DNA of 62,880 nucleotides, filler included, from Sphacelaria rigidula (GCA_964200075.2; 9 parts of 9 records of this genome joined end to end with filler, not necessarily neighbours in it); one strand, 5' to 3'. Counted from the whole stretch's first letter, positions 23,576 to 37,042 are shown. Notes: a model not told the origin generated them from the sequence alone. Translations and numbers: made by a program.

Positions 23576-26500
23576 GCACAGCACCCAATAGATTTCACGG
23601 CGGGTATGCACCATTTCGGGCCCAAACACGAAGATGAACATCCGAAATAAAACGTGACACTTTGAAGGGGAAGGAAAATGCCATCCTCACGCAAGAAAGC
23701 TGTCAAGTTTGTCACGGGAATTCAACAGTGTGTGTGTCCAAGAGGTCGTTGTGACGAAGAAAAACGTAAATCCAAACATCAAGATCGCCTCTAATCATGA
23801 ATCATTTGAAGGGGGCGGGTGTGAACAGGGGATGAGGGGAGACATAAACATTCAAGCAGGTTTAACCCTTACACGGCGAAAGTAGGTCATATGTTGAAGC
23901 GGCGGCATCAATTTCACTTGATAAATGGACGCATGATCCAGATGGACTACCCTCGCAATTTAAGGGTTGAAGTACTGTTGCACAGTTGCGTCATGCTCCA
24001 GGATATCACAAAAGGAATATCCGTGTCCTATGTGACTTGATGACCCTAGCAGAATTGACTTGAAGATATATATATAAGTAGAGTCGGCTCCAAGAAGCGC
24101 TGTGCACAAGTCCTGCGATGCGGCGGAAATCGTCCACCGATACTAGTACACCATCCGGTCTCGCGATACAAATCCTTCCAACGCCAATCAAAAGAAACGG
24201 AGATGGACCGACAAGAGTACGAGTATGCACGTTACGATCAATTGCGCACATCCTCCCAACGAAGATACATGCGAAAAAACAAAAGAAATGCAGGCGGCCA
24301 AACAAGAAATATATCGTTTTGGCAGTCGCCTGCACTCGTCCGTCTCCCCTCCCGTCTCCCATCCACCCCCCCCCGTCAAATTAATTAGTCGGGCAATAGA
24401 AAAAACACGACGTCAACAGTATTGCTATCGCAGTAGCTTACTCGGGCAGACAAGGCATAACTCTTGCAGTCATGGGAGAAAACATGCATCACAGCAAAAA
24501 AAGCGTCCACAGAGCCTCTGGTGCGACCACCGCCGCTGTGGATACAGACATTTCTGCACCCCGTATTTCGCGCCCACACCGCCCTTCCACACGACTCAGG
24601 GAAGACAAAAAACTCAAATCCTCAAGGGGAGGAGGGAGGGGGGGGCGATCGACAGCAACCACCCCAGAGAATCCGCGACATACTAGTACAGCCTAGCTAA
24701 AACGACCGTACCCCCAAGCGAGGCGCCATACTGAACAACGCAGCACGGTGAAGAGAAAACGACGGTAGAAGAGGAAAATACAAAATATATAAAGTATGAA
24801 ATATAAAATAAAATTAAGGAGAGATATATAAACGAAGCTATCTCCAGCGATTGACCCGAGTGCATGCCGATAGTTTCGTAACACTAGCACCTGCAGCGGC
24901 AAAGAACGAGAGGCACGGACACAAGGACGTATGCGCAACGATCCAAACGATATTTAGGATATGTTGCGGTGTATGTAATGGTACATGTACGGCTTAACGA
25001 CGAGAGGTCGCTGGTAGACCTCGACTACATCTCATAACTGTGCACATGTGAGATAGGTGCTGTGTGGGGCCGTGGCGCGCTTCCTCGCAGTGCACCTCTT
25101 AGAGCGAAGCAAGACAAGTATCATGAGAGATCTTGACGGGTTGAGCAGACAACTGATCCGCATTGAGCGTTGCATAGCCGTGCTTTGATTATTTCCTCAG
25201 AGGTCACCCCTTAGCTTTAATGTGCAGTCCTATCGGAAACCTTCTCTCTGAACCTCAGCCCCTTCAACCGCGACTTTGAAGGTTTTAATATAGCAGCCGT
25301 TCTGGCTCGGCTGAATCACAATGGCCGACAAAGTACTGGTGCCCGAACCGTTCTTGATGGTTCTTCGCACTGAACCGTACCGGCTCCGGTTCTTAGATTG
25401 TTCATCCCGATGCCTTGTATGGAACCGTCTTGCCTCCTAGCAGGCTGTTTGATTTCACAGCCGAGATTTTACGTGTAGGAGATCTGTGTCCCATGCATTA
25501 TCTGCACAAAAACATCCCCAGCTCGCCGAATATAGGTTATGGACAAAGCTGAACGATGCGGGTACGCCGTGAATCGGATTGGAAAAAGGCACGCGAAGTC
25601 AGCCAGATAATGCGATTTGTTTGTCCAACCACATAAATCCTGCCTATATGCCGTTACATACACCTCCTGGGACGTTCGGTTTGCAACCCGATTCGTGCTA
25701 TACGCACGTTGTTCGATTCATTCATGGACTCGGAACGCTGGGAATGTAGATAGCGGGTACTACTACATTACAGCAGTCATCTGTGATGTTTCCGGTACTC
25801 TTAGTGCACTCGATGTCTTCTTTCAGAAGATACCCTTGTTACCCTGGAAGAACTAGTAGTTCCGGAACTGGGTGATCTCGGGCATTCTGGGTACTCGGCA
25901 CTACTATTATACTGCAAATACCCCCCGAGAACCCATGCGCGAAGGAATCGAACCCGTAAACATCACTCACTGAGGGAACCGATTTTTTCCTTCTTTTCCG
26001 GCCGAGCTGAGGAACAAAGGCGGCAGAAATCCGCTCGACAGACAAGAATCAACACAGGCACAATAGAGCGTGAGCAAACCGTACCCGTTCGTCGGTGTGA
26101 AAATGAAAAAACACGATGCCGCACACCGCTAACTCAGAGGGGTATTCATGATCTTGCATGCCGTAGTCACGGGACCATTGATCGTGAAACCTCGCATCCT
26201 CACCAAGCCCAGACGGAGCACGCCCATTTTTCGCCGGGCCAGGCTCTTTCGTACAGAGCGGTGCTCGAGATGACCATCCGCAAACGTCAACTTTGATTCG
26301 CGGGAGTCCTTGTCCGGCAGAAGGAATCACGCCTTCCTAAGCGCGTAATGAACGGTCGGTTATCCACACGGGGGCCCAAGGAGGCCGGCCGCCCCGCAAA
26401 GCAATGGGAGGATACCCTCCACGAGAACATACGTGCACTAGGGGCTGCCCCGCACAAAGGACCCCGACGGAAATGGTTCGTCTACGGTGTACAGTAGTGG

Positions 26501-28773
26501 GCGGTCTACCTATTTAAGTGTTCGTGGGTTTTCCTCGCGTACTACTCTTCGAAAGAACTCGGAATTGCCAGCGTCGGTAGATTTTGGTACAACAAAGCAG
26601 ATCATCCTCGAAACACAGTGCCCAAGTCTGTGTTTGTTGGTGTTATCGGGCGAAACGAGTAAATACCCCGTTCATCAGGAAGGTGCTATTGACCTTGAAA
26701 CATAATTTTTCGGCCCTAGTGCTCTGAGGAGGAAGAATTTCGAAAAGATAAAACTGGACATTTCTTAACAAATATGATCGGGACGGGCTAGATCGACCGA
26801 AAATACAGAAGAGTTCGAATCTGGGCTGAAACGTGGCAGGACCCCCGATGACGGGTCAACCCGTAAGTCACCCAATATTGAGTACAGTGGATTTTTTCTT
26901 CTTGAAATTGTGCAGCGGATACAAACATCTTCAGATCCCCGGCGTGATAGGCGGTGGCAAGCGAAAAGAGCTCAAGAAAAGGCTCGATTCTGTGTTAGGG
27001 AAGAATCGATGTTTTGTGCAGAAGCGGGAAGAATTTTCCCAGGTGTTCATAGTGGTTGCAGTATCTAGAAGCCATTTCAGAACACATTGACATGGAAGAT
27101 TACCTGTATGATGAACCCAGTGAGTCGGTTCAGCGTGGGAGAAGTAGTAAGGCACAAGGACAGGTGCATCCACGATGAAGTGACAATAATGGTGTCTGGG
27201 TTGAAGTCGAGGTTTATGAGATCCGGGACACGGGTGTGGTGCGACCATCAGTTGGTGACAGCATCGCAAATCGATGTTGTCTCGAGATTTTTCGAGCACT
27301 ATTCCCCTGAGATTCCTACGCCATCTTTGAGGTCACTGACTCTGGGTTGAATTGAACGACTTTTGGACAACGTGGGCAGCCGCGTCGATCGGACCGAGGC
27401 TAAACTGGACGATACCAATGCAGGTGTAGAAAGCTTGGCGATGCAGTGATGCAGCTCGCAAAAATTGCGGCAGTTCGTCTGGTGAAGGACGTGTTGAACC
27501 GAGGAGTGTTGAACCGACTGGCCTCCCGGCGCTGGCTCTATTACACCAGCGGCTACAGCAGATCGCATGTATCTCATGATGTGGCACCGGCGTAGCTCCG
27601 CCGTCCGGCCGTGATGCCGTTAGGCAGGCCGGCTGCACGACAAGAGTAGCCTGACGCGCTAGCCGGGCGCTAACGCGGCACAACGACTTTGCAGGTCCAG
27701 GACGACAGGGCGAATTTGCAGGTGCTGATTGGGATGATAATGGACACTGCAAGTCCGGTTCGCCCGTCGTACCGCTCTCGTTCCCGCTGGAGGTGGCGCG
27801 TGGCGCTCAGGGGCGGCAGCAAAGGCAATCGCCACAACAGTGAGCTGCTGATGCCTGGTTCCATGACTCACCTATATTCTGGTATGTTGGATNNNNNNNN
27901 NNNNNNNNNNNNNNNNNNNNNNNNNNNNNNNNNNNNTTAATTAATTAANNNNNNNNNNNNNNNNNNNNNNNNNNNNNNNNNNNNNNNNNNNNTTTTCTCA
28001 ACGACTCGTCGACGATTTTATCCCGGAAAAAAATATATTCCGGAATTTGGATTATCGATAACTCAAGAGAAAAAAAAAAAAAAAATGAAGGGATAACAGT
28101 AGGGGCTTTGCACATACCTCATGTACATCGTGTCAAAACTTTCATAGTACACAACTCAAGATTGAGCAGCGCAACCGCGCTTTTCTGCTGAGACCCACAT
28201 GACTTTGCTTTTAGAGTACACCCAACTCAGCCGGAACTTTGACGTTCTCTGCAAGCTTCCTTCACCCACTGCTCACCCGTTCGCACACTATTACCAGACG
28301 CCTTGGCGTGCTGGAGACCTCATTTGCGTGCCATCTCAGACACTGTGCGCCTACAGCACGACATGCATTGTTGTACAACCACAACTTGAGCAGCACCAAC
28401 ACTTTGCAGCCACGGCACAACCGACCGTAACCGAAAATACGATTTCAGCCGTCAGTTTGCCCTAATTCTGCGGCACATGTCACACTCAACGCTCTACACT
28501 TCGCAGCTGACTACCCTTTTGGTATTTCGCTTGATGGGAACTTGTCGGATCGCAGTGCTACGTGGACTAAAAGACGCACGCTGACTTGCACTCCACCACG
28601 ACGTATCATATAAGGCATAACTCGCGATGTCGTCAGTTAAAAGGTATTGAAGGAAAGTCCGTTTCTTCGGCGGCCCAGCCTGTACGTGGTCGTTATTGAC
28701 TAACCTCATCGACGGACAACGAATAAGGCTGGATACACGTTTCCACGAGTTCGAAAGCATGGTATGTTTACTG

Positions 28774-30044
28774 CAAGGGTAGGTCGAGTAGAGTATGTAC
28801 TTTTGAGTACTCGAGTAAAATACTCGAATATTTACTCCACTCGACGTTTGAGTAGGTCGAGTACGGCCTCTAATACTCTACTCAAATTATAGTACGTCGA
28901 GTACGGCCTCCAATACTTTACTCAAATTTTGAGTACGTCGAGTACGACCTCAAAGACTCTACTCAATTTTCGAGTAAGCACTCTCAGCAATACTCGAGTA
29001 TAGAGTATCACTTGAGTATGACCTCACTACTCTACTCAAACTTTGAGTACGTTGAGTACGGCCTCAAATACTCTACTCAATTTTGAGTACGTTGAGTATG
29101 ATCTCAAATACTCCACTCGAATTTTGAGTACGTCGAGTACGGCCTCAAATACTCTACTCAACTTTTGAGTAGATCGAGTACAACCTCAAATACTCTACTC
29201 GAATATTGAGGAACCACTCTCAGTAATACTTGAGTATAGAGTACCCCTTGGGTATGGTGAGTACCCCTGACCGTCGGCGACTAGTGACGTCACTTTACAG
29301 ACTATGTTGAATGCATGGGCGAACGATGACCATAAAGAAATTAAACAAGGCGTGCTGGTGAATGAACCTACCTGCCCCAGCGCCCCATCTCACCAGCCCC
29401 CACCCACGGCAATTCATACTCGATACCTCGCAACGCCTTCGATATCACTTTCAGTACAGAGCGCTACTCATCATCATGGAGTAATCGAATAGACGAGTAG
29501 TCGAGTAGGTATTATCAAAATGAGCGACTCTGTTGGCCACATATGTGACTCCATCATGGGAGAGTCAGCGGTGGAAACAGTGCAAGACGGGGATACATCG
29601 CAACAATCGCCAGAGGAAGGAAGACGTTGAAGTTATAGGTTCTCGGTACATCTGACCCGGCCTCGGATACTCTACTCAAAGTTTGAGTAGGTCGAGTACG
29701 GCCTCAAAAACTCCACTCACATTTTGAGTAGGCCGAGTACGGCCTCAAATACTCTGCTCAAATTTTGAGTACGTTGAGTATGGTGTCAAATACTTCACTC
29801 AAATTTTGAGTACGTTGAGTATGGCCTCCAATACTCAATATTTGAGTAGATCGAGTACGACCTCAAAGACTCTACTCAAATATTGAGTAAGCACTCTCAC
29901 TAATACTGAGTATAGAAAATCACTTGAGTATGATCTCAAATACTCTACTTGAATAATTGAGTAGGTTGAGTACGACCTCAAATACTCTACTCAAACTTCG
30001 AGTACTAAAAGTACTGGGTATTGAGTATACTCGACCTACCCTTG
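28774..30044. mobile_element. Non-autonomous TIR element (hAT-like ends) with two arrays of about 41-bp palindromic tandem repeats
   Basis: Perfect 17-bp TIRs CAAGGGTAGGTCGAGTA / TACTCGACCTACCCTTG; unit TCAAATACTCTACTCAAATTTTGAGTACGTCGAGTACGGCC repeated at about 28800-29250 and 29660-30030 around a unique core; no TSD seen. Confidence 0.85.
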
Positions 30045-30274
30045 AATTATTCGTGCACGTCGGCGACGATAGTCAAACGCATGTTTGGGGCTTTACCCAA
30101 ATGAGAGATTAAGAGGGTACTCATCCCAGGGATCGGTTTGCTCGTGCTGTTTGTGCGGCTGATGGTTGCTTGCACATGTGCACGTGTAAGCAACTGAGAG
30201 CACTTTTCTGTTGGTTATTTTTCTTTTATCACCTCCGAACGTAGCAAAAAACATCTATTTCGATTGGGGGGGGT

Positions 30275-30470
30275 AGAGGGGGTGTACTCATTTGGTGCTT
30301 GCCGTATTCGTTCCACCAGTGACCACGCATCCGTTTCTTGACGGATCACCGTTCCTACTCCTAATAGACACCTTCAACATTTCGGTGTTCCTTGCGTTTT
30401 TTTTCCATACAAGATGCAAGAACCTTTTACATATCTTATCCCGTCCTGTTTCGCCCTCTGTGGGCATGGG
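30275..30470 (-). mobile_element. 5'-truncated LINE 3' end
   Basis: GACCACGCATCC...CCTACTCCTAATAGA.ACCTTCAACATT matches the LINE at 48090-48170. Confidence 0.75.
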
Positions 30471-30656
30471 CACGAGTCACGCTGCTTCTTTTCTTTTCTT
30501 TTCCTCCGACAAACTTGCCAGCATTAATGGTTGCCCGTCGGAGAAAGTGTGTACTTACAAGTACGAGATATGGATATTTGTATTGCATTGATCAGTCGAT
30601 TGATGGAAATATTGATGAAGTAATCGATCGTTGGGTTGACAGATATGTTGATGCAT

Positions 30657-30972
30657 TTTTTTTTTCCCTCACATTTTGAACCCCTCCCCTTCCCACAGAT
30701 GAGTCCGTGGTCTCAAGGGATCAACCCATCTCTCCCCCGGTACGCGCCTTCCGTTGTCTCGCGGATTGGGCCAGCACTCCCGCACCGTGTCAACTCTCGT
30801 CACACAAACCCAGTCGACTGCTTTGTTTACTCACGTTGTCACGCTTTCCATGGTGGAAATCATACATTACGAAGAAAAAACCCAACGCATCGGGAANNNN
30901 NNNNNNTCGGGAATCGAACCCCCGTTCTCTCCACTCTAATGGCGACAGTCGGACCATTACACCACCGGGGCG
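30657..30972 (-). mobile_element. tRNA-derived SINE family B (contains a 10-N gap)
   Basis: GCCCCGGTGGTGTAATGGTCCGACTGTCGCC...GGTTCGATTCCCGA; colinear with 19818-20124. Confidence 0.82.
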
Positions 30973-31126
30973 CGGCGGCATTTACGGCATTAAGTTGACA
31001 GATATGTTGATGCATGAATGGATTAATTAGTTGCGTCACATTCACTCGCTGAACGCGACTCCAGTCGTGCTCACAAGACAAGCTTTTTTTCCCCCCCACC
31101 TCTTTATTTTTTCCCCTCCCCGATAG

Positions 31127-31300
31127 GTGACCGGGAAGTACAGCCCCCTGAATCAGTGGCTCCACTTAGACTTCTTAGAAATGCTACCGGACGAGATAGC
31201 TCCGGACAGCAAGGGCGACGGTGGGCGGTACGACCATGTGGTGAAGATGTACGGCGAGAAGTTCGTGAAGGAGAAGGTCATGAATGCGAAAACTTTCATG
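31127..31300 (+). CDS. UBA1: Ubiquitin-activating enzyme E1, internal exon (phase 0)
   Basis: TAG acceptor and GTGAG donor; VTGKYSPLNQWLHLDFLEMLP...GRYDHVVKMYGEKFVKEKVMNAKTFM resembles E1 GKFxPxxQWxYFD...RYD. Confidence 0.9.
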
Positions 31301-32440
31301 GTGAGGGTAGAACGAAAAAAGAAGGAACAATAAAATGTTGTTCTACTTGCCTTTTTCCGTCTTTCAGAAGAAAGAAGTAGGAGATAGAGGGAGAGTAAGA
31401 GAGGGGGATGATGCTGAAGATTTTTTTTCATCACCGCGGGATATGTAACCCATTGGTGATTCGAGAGATTTTTTGTTTTTTCTTGTTTTCAGCGGCACAA
31501 TGATGATATTGAAAATCTCCAGGCAGGTGGGTACCAGGGTATAGATGGGGTTGATTTATCTTTCGGAGACTGTCAATACGTCCATAAAAAGGGGGGGGGG
31601 GGGTTGAACTGTGACGGAAGAAAAAAAAGCGGTTGGCGCACCAGCAGAGGCGAGCGGGCACGGTATCTCAACTGTACGCGGTGGGAGCATTCATCATATG
31701 GCGTGCTATTTTCTGACAACAAAGAATCGAATCACAAGTGAAATGTAATCGAAGTGCGCACTGAAAAAGGGGGATAAAACTATTCTTGAATGATGGCTAT
31801 TTTGCGTCGTCGCTTGTTTCTATTTGTTTGGTTCAAGCGTATTCGATGAAGAGCGAACTGATTGCTATGACCGTGTAGTTTCGTCAGCGAGGTCATGTAG
31901 CACGTATCGCATGGCGTGCTTTCGATGTGGTTTTCTTTCTTTGGTGTAATCCTTCAGTTGTTTTCCATTTGCTATTCGTTACTGTATTCGTCATCCATCA
32001 ATGATATTTCAAGTTATTTGTATTTGATCTAGGTATGTGTGCGCTTCATCCGTTCTATTTAAAATCTATGTGAAAGTGTGGCGATAATGAGGCCGCAATT
32101 TCTTTGTGCTGCTACTGACCACGCTTTTGTGATTGTTTTCTTTGCTACATCTAAAACTACGGGGTCGGGTGGAAACAACGCCGTCTGATTGACGCTCTCC
32201 CTGCCTTGCGTGTTGGATGACAAACGCATGAGCTTCTTGTTTTGTTTTTTCAGAAAATGCACGCAAGTATCTCGTGTTCCATCACAGAGGACAATTTCCC
32301 TGGAAATCAAGAATACAGAACGTATATTTGGTATGCTATAATATTTATGATAACAATGACAAAAACGATACCAATAACAATATAATTCATGGCGAAGTTA
32401 TGTCTCTTGTTTTGGTGGTCTGGCCGGTGAACATGAACAG

Positions 32441-32548
32441 GTGGGATGTGGTGCTTTGGGGTGCGAGTTCTTGAAGAACTTTGCGCTTTGCGGGTTGGCG
32501 TGCGGAGAGGAGGGTCTCATCACAGTTACCGACAACGATCGGATCGAG
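32441..32548 (+). CDS. UBA1: Ubiquitin-activating enzyme E1, adenylation-domain exon (phase 0)
   Basis: [36 protein letters not shown] (GxGxxG ATP-binding motif); CAG/GTGAG boundaries. Confidence 0.95.
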
Positions 32549-32962
32549 GTGAGGAGGGATGGAGGGAGGAACAAATGCTCCTCCTTTCCTTGTCTTAATC
32601 ATGTCTCGTTTGGCTGTTTTGATATTTTCATGTCTTGGGGGGAAAAAATGAGCAAAAACAAAAGCTCCGTTTTGCTCGTCTCTGTCTCTTCGTCTCTTTT
32701 GGATCTTCCTATTTGATCATGTCCAGTCTCCCGAGCGCAGGCTCTGTAGAGAACCTATTTGAACAACACTGTACACAGTAGATCTATTTTGGTATTGGTG
32801 TCTGTTCTATGCGACAGTTCGATTACAGCGTACTCGTTGTTACTATTGATGCTCTGTGTAGACACTAGTACGTGGCAAGGTCACCGGAGAGGTTACACGC
32901 CGGTGCTTTCTAGATTCCAATAGGTGTCCTGTAGTTCAGTCGGTCTTGGACCGACTTTATTA

Positions 32963-33408
32963 GGAGCCGTTCCAAACTCCTGTTCGAAACTGCCTTTTTG
33001 GCCCTTCTCCGTCGTTTTACGCCTATAAAAGAGGGCGAGGCGGATGCTGACGCCTTGGAATGACTTGCTCTACGCATTGAGGCCGTCCCAGGGCAACTTT
33101 GTATGTCCCGCTGGCCGTACTTTCATTTTTGGCCAAACACAGATTTTCAACAAAAAACAGTCAAGGGATCAAAAAACAGGGTGAAAGTTTGATCAGCTGA
33201 CCGTTTTTTACTGAAAATCCGTGTTTGGCCCATTTTTCCCAAGAACAAAAGTGCGGCCAGCGGAAAATTCAAAGTTGCCCTAGAACGGTCTCAACGAGTA
33301 GAAACACGTCATTCCCAGGCGTCAACATCCGCCTAGCCCTCTTTTCGGGCGTAAATCGACGGAGAAGGGCCCGAAAGGCAGTTTTCGACAGGAATTTTCG
33401 ACGGCTCC
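32963..33408. mobile_element. Fold-back MITE in a UBA1 intron
   Basis: Ends GGAGCCGT / ACGGCTCC; arms are complementary over about 210 bp (GGCCCTTCTCCGTCG/CGACGGAGAAGGGCC, AGGGCAACTTTG/CAAAGTTGCCCT, GGCCAAACAC/GTGTTTGGCC). Confidence 0.85.
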
Positions 33409-34377
33409 CACTAGAGGTGGCCTTATACAGATCTTTCGTAGTGTAGGTGCCCTTTTTCGTGTAGATGTTTCGTTTCTCGCCTTCCTCTGCGGGCTGTTTG
33501 AGTTATTGGTACGGATGGTATGTTGCTTGCATTCTGTGACCACGGATTACAGAGATGGAGTTCATGTGACGGATGTGATATTTTTTCATGTATAGGGCCG
33601 TTTATTTGTATTTTTTTTCGTTCGTGTTCCTCTCTCTCTTCTTTTGTTTTCCTTTTCTTTTTGAATTTTTTTTGCATAATATCCCCTTGACGGTGGTGCC
33701 TTTTTTTTTTTTTCTTTTTCTTTTCTTCGTTGTTGGACTCCGCTCTATTTACCCTTGGTATGTCTATGTATTGCGACTACGGCTGGGTCCGTGGCGGATG
33801 ACTTCAAGTGTACGACAATCAAGCAATGAAGCAAATCTGCGTGTTTATTCGCGTTGAAGCTTCGCGCGAAAACGTCTACAGTATTACATCCTTTATAAAA
33901 TACCAGGTATATATCGTAGCTGTATTCTGTGAATACCGTCACCCGTTTATTTTTGTGCGTATGTGTGTATGTCGTTACCGTTATTATCATTTTGGTACAT
34001 TTTTGCTGCCGTCTTCATTTATTTTTCACCCCTCTCTTCCTGTTTTCGTGAGGAACAATGTTTTCGTGAAGTTGAGAGCCCGCCATTGTTTGAGACTGGG
34101 TTTTATTATTCGCTTGAACTTGAACCATTTTTTCACTTTGTGTGTGCTCTTCTTCGCCTGTAACACTCCTGTCGTGTGCTTGCACCTACACGTCGATATC
34201 CTACTCGGGGATATCAAAGCCTTTGGTGACAAGCTACTACAGGAGGGGTATCGGGCCCCGTTTAAGGCCCGCAAGGGCATTCCTGAATTGAAATGATTTC
34301 ATTCATTAATTGAATACTCACTAGTATCCTAGACTCGCAATCTCACGAGAACTCTGTTGGGTGTGGATCCCCCGCAG

Positions 34378-34482
34378 GTGTCCAACCTAAACCGGCAATT
34401 TTTGTTCCGCGAGCACAACGTCGGGCAGGCTAAGAGCAGGGCTGCCTCTGAGGCTGTAAGGGCGATGAACAAGGCTATCAAG
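34378..34482 (+). CDS. UBA1: Ubiquitin-activating enzyme E1 exon (phase 0)
   Basis: VSNLNRQFLFREHNVGQAKSRAASEAVRAMNKAIK (SNLNRQFLF E1 signature); CAG/GTAT boundaries; joins the previous exon in frame. Confidence 0.95.
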
Positions 34483-36997
34483 GTATATACACAACATACT
34501 GAAATTTCCCACATCGAACAGGTTATAAGCCACCTGAATATTACTTTTTTATTATTATAGTGTACTGATCCGGATCATGAGCAATTATAGGTCCTTCGAC
34601 TCTTCTTTCCACATTCAGTAGTGTTCACCAGTTGGTCGATTAGAACCTTGCCGGATTTTTATTACTTATTGATTTGGGTGTACACAGCGATATTCGGATC
34701 TCAAGCGGGGCTGACAGCCCCAACTGCCCCTCGCGTGCGCAGAAGGCGTTTTCGTCGAAATCGGCGCCGAGGGTTCTCGGTATGCCTTGGGTTGGGGTTA
34801 CGGCTAGGGTTAGTGTTGGTGTTTTGGTTCGTTCGAAATGATGAAGTCCGAGAAAATTCTCACCCGTCCCCCCCCGCCGCCCACCCAGACNNNNNNNNNN
34901 NNNNNNNNNNNNNNNNNNNNNNNNNNNNNNNNNNTTAATTAATTAANNNNNNNNNNNNNNNNNNNNNNNNNNNNNNNNNNNNNNNNNNNNGTGGGATGGG
35001 GGATTCTCTATTTTTCCGTGATTGTAATGATTAGATATTGATAGCTTTGAGTGGGGTTGCGTGGGGGGGGGGGGGGGGGAAACATTACCCGAAGCTATTT
35101 GCTCGTGTTTTCCCCCACGGCGACCAGTGCTTTTGTTAGAAAGGCATACCTAACGACTCTGCGCAGGCAGCGGAAGACAAAAGAACGCAGTCCCTGCCCT
35201 CGAAACAGTAGAACCCCGAACGACGCATCCGCAGGACAGCCGCGTTAGACCTAGCGCCAGTCCGCGCCCAACTGCACACAATAGTTTCCCTCTCACGATA
35301 ATTTGTTGAGTGCTAGAGAATGCACCGCCGTGCGCCTCCCAAAAAATGATGTCCAAAAATGGAATTGGTCGTGCATGGGGGCTGTTTATTTTCAACCCCT
35401 GCACTACCAAGACAATCGATATTGAGGGGGGGTGTATTTGTATATTAAAGTGAAGTAAAAAGCGGCCGCAAAAACGTACACTCCAGGCATGAACTACTTG
35501 CACGTGAAGAGTTAACGGGCGAATCTGACGCATATGACCATACCTTCCTTACTTTGAATGGTCACGTATCACGCTTGAGTTACTTGCACATACATTAAAG
35601 GGTTAACGGGCGAGTCTTACGCAAATGACCGTAACCAGATCTTGCTCAATACTGATGGACACGACCAAAACCAACAACCAAGGATGTTGTACTTGGTAGA
35701 TCGACAGCTACGTCTCGAGATGTCTTCGGTTCGGTCGTCGTCGGAGGTTGATGTGTGATGTGTGCCTTTATTCAGGGTCACGTCTTCGCATTCGGCACCT
35801 ACGGGCGCCCTATTATTCTCGTGTTGGCCTCCGAGATATACTATCAATACGAGCAAAATTACTTGTCCAAAATTATAAAATTATCTTCGACCGATCCAGA
35901 GTTCACAAAAGCGCCTCCACACTACACGTTGTGGCAAGTTGTTTGATTCGAGCAACGGTGATGCTGCACCAGCAAATCAAAGGGCGCCCAGTCACGAATT
36001 ATTTTTGCGAAGAAAATGTTTTTCGTCCCGACACACATCACAGGGCAGGATCAACCATCCACAGCGCCCACGACTCATCTGATGTCCTCACAGGTAGCCA
36101 GCCACGAAACTCTGCTCAAAGTATCAGGACAATCCGCGGGTAAAAGTCACGTTCGAAACGGCGGAACTCTCTCGGTCTGTGGGTAGGCGGATTTGTGCGC
36201 ATCAACATGTTGACCCGCGTATACGCTCTCGGTGCAATGCTCCATCATGTTCTCGAGGGCCTTTGCACATCTGCTGCTATGCCTTCAAATTCTCATGGAC
36301 ATATTCCCCATGACATGGCAGCAGTCCCGCCGCATTTGCTTGTCCACGATCTACTTTCGTGTTGTCTGTACTGATTGATTTGGGATGGATAATTTTCGGC
36401 GCTGAAACAAACACAACTAAAGACAGCAAGCATGGGAAGATCGAGAGAGGTTACACCACGGTGTCTATGCAGGCACAGCGCCATAGCCTGTGCTCTAGGA
36501 CTTGGCGCACGCACCACAGCCACGCGAACGCGTAACACAGAAAGTAGGGCCTCAAGGAAAACCGCCCGCGGAAATTAAAACGCAGGGCAACTCCTCACGG
36601 TTATGTAACGGGCACATGGTCGATTCCAAATGTATCAAAAAAATCAAAATGTGTTGGCGATCCCCTGAAAATCATTGGTTCCACAAGATAAGTATCCCAA
36701 TGATACCTATAGAACAACTCGCGATCACGTCGCGGAACCATCTGCTCGTAGGCTATGTTGGTCGATGGTTAAACCCATCTTGTCCGCTGCAATCTTTTCC
36801 GCTTAGGCAGGCATGTAAATTACCGACAGCGTGGCCCGGGGGGAAATGATCTGATCTCCTCGCATCGCATGAAAACCCAAACGTGACAACAGTACGCTAC
36901 ATAGCCTACGGTACAAAAGGTGATAACACCTCGAGAGGAAGAAGAATTTGAAATGCCCGGGAAGGGATAGATATGCAGATAATCTACGTTTGCGTAC

Positions 36998-37042
36998 CTG
37001 GTTACCGCACTGCCCCGCCTGCACATGGACGATTTCACGCAT
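36998..37042 (-). pseudogene. TUBB: Beta-tubulin exon 1 (MREIVHVQAGQCGNQ); no further tubulin exon seen in the contig
   Basis: Canonical beta-tubulin N-terminus followed by a GTACGC donor. Tubulin identity is strong; pseudogene status is inferred. Confidence 0.7.

Noticed and set aside
27087..27892. Gag-like or host coding sequence
   Set aside because: Coding-like composition but several stops and no recognisable motif; family cannot be assigned by eye.
28800..30030. CRISPR array (palindromic repeats of about 41 bp)
   Set aside because: Units are head-to-tail and degenerate with no unique spacers, lie inside a TIR element, and there are no cas genes; the context is eukaryotic.
34785..34825. 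Telomeric repeat (GGGTTGGGGTTACGGCTAGGGTTAG)
   Set aside because: Only a few degenerate units and not a terminal array.
36490..36512. Degenerate beta-tubulin exon 2 (GCGCCAAGTCCTAG resembling GAKFW codons)
   Set aside because: Similarity covers only about 14 nt, there is no acceptor, and downstream sequence does not match EVISDEHG.
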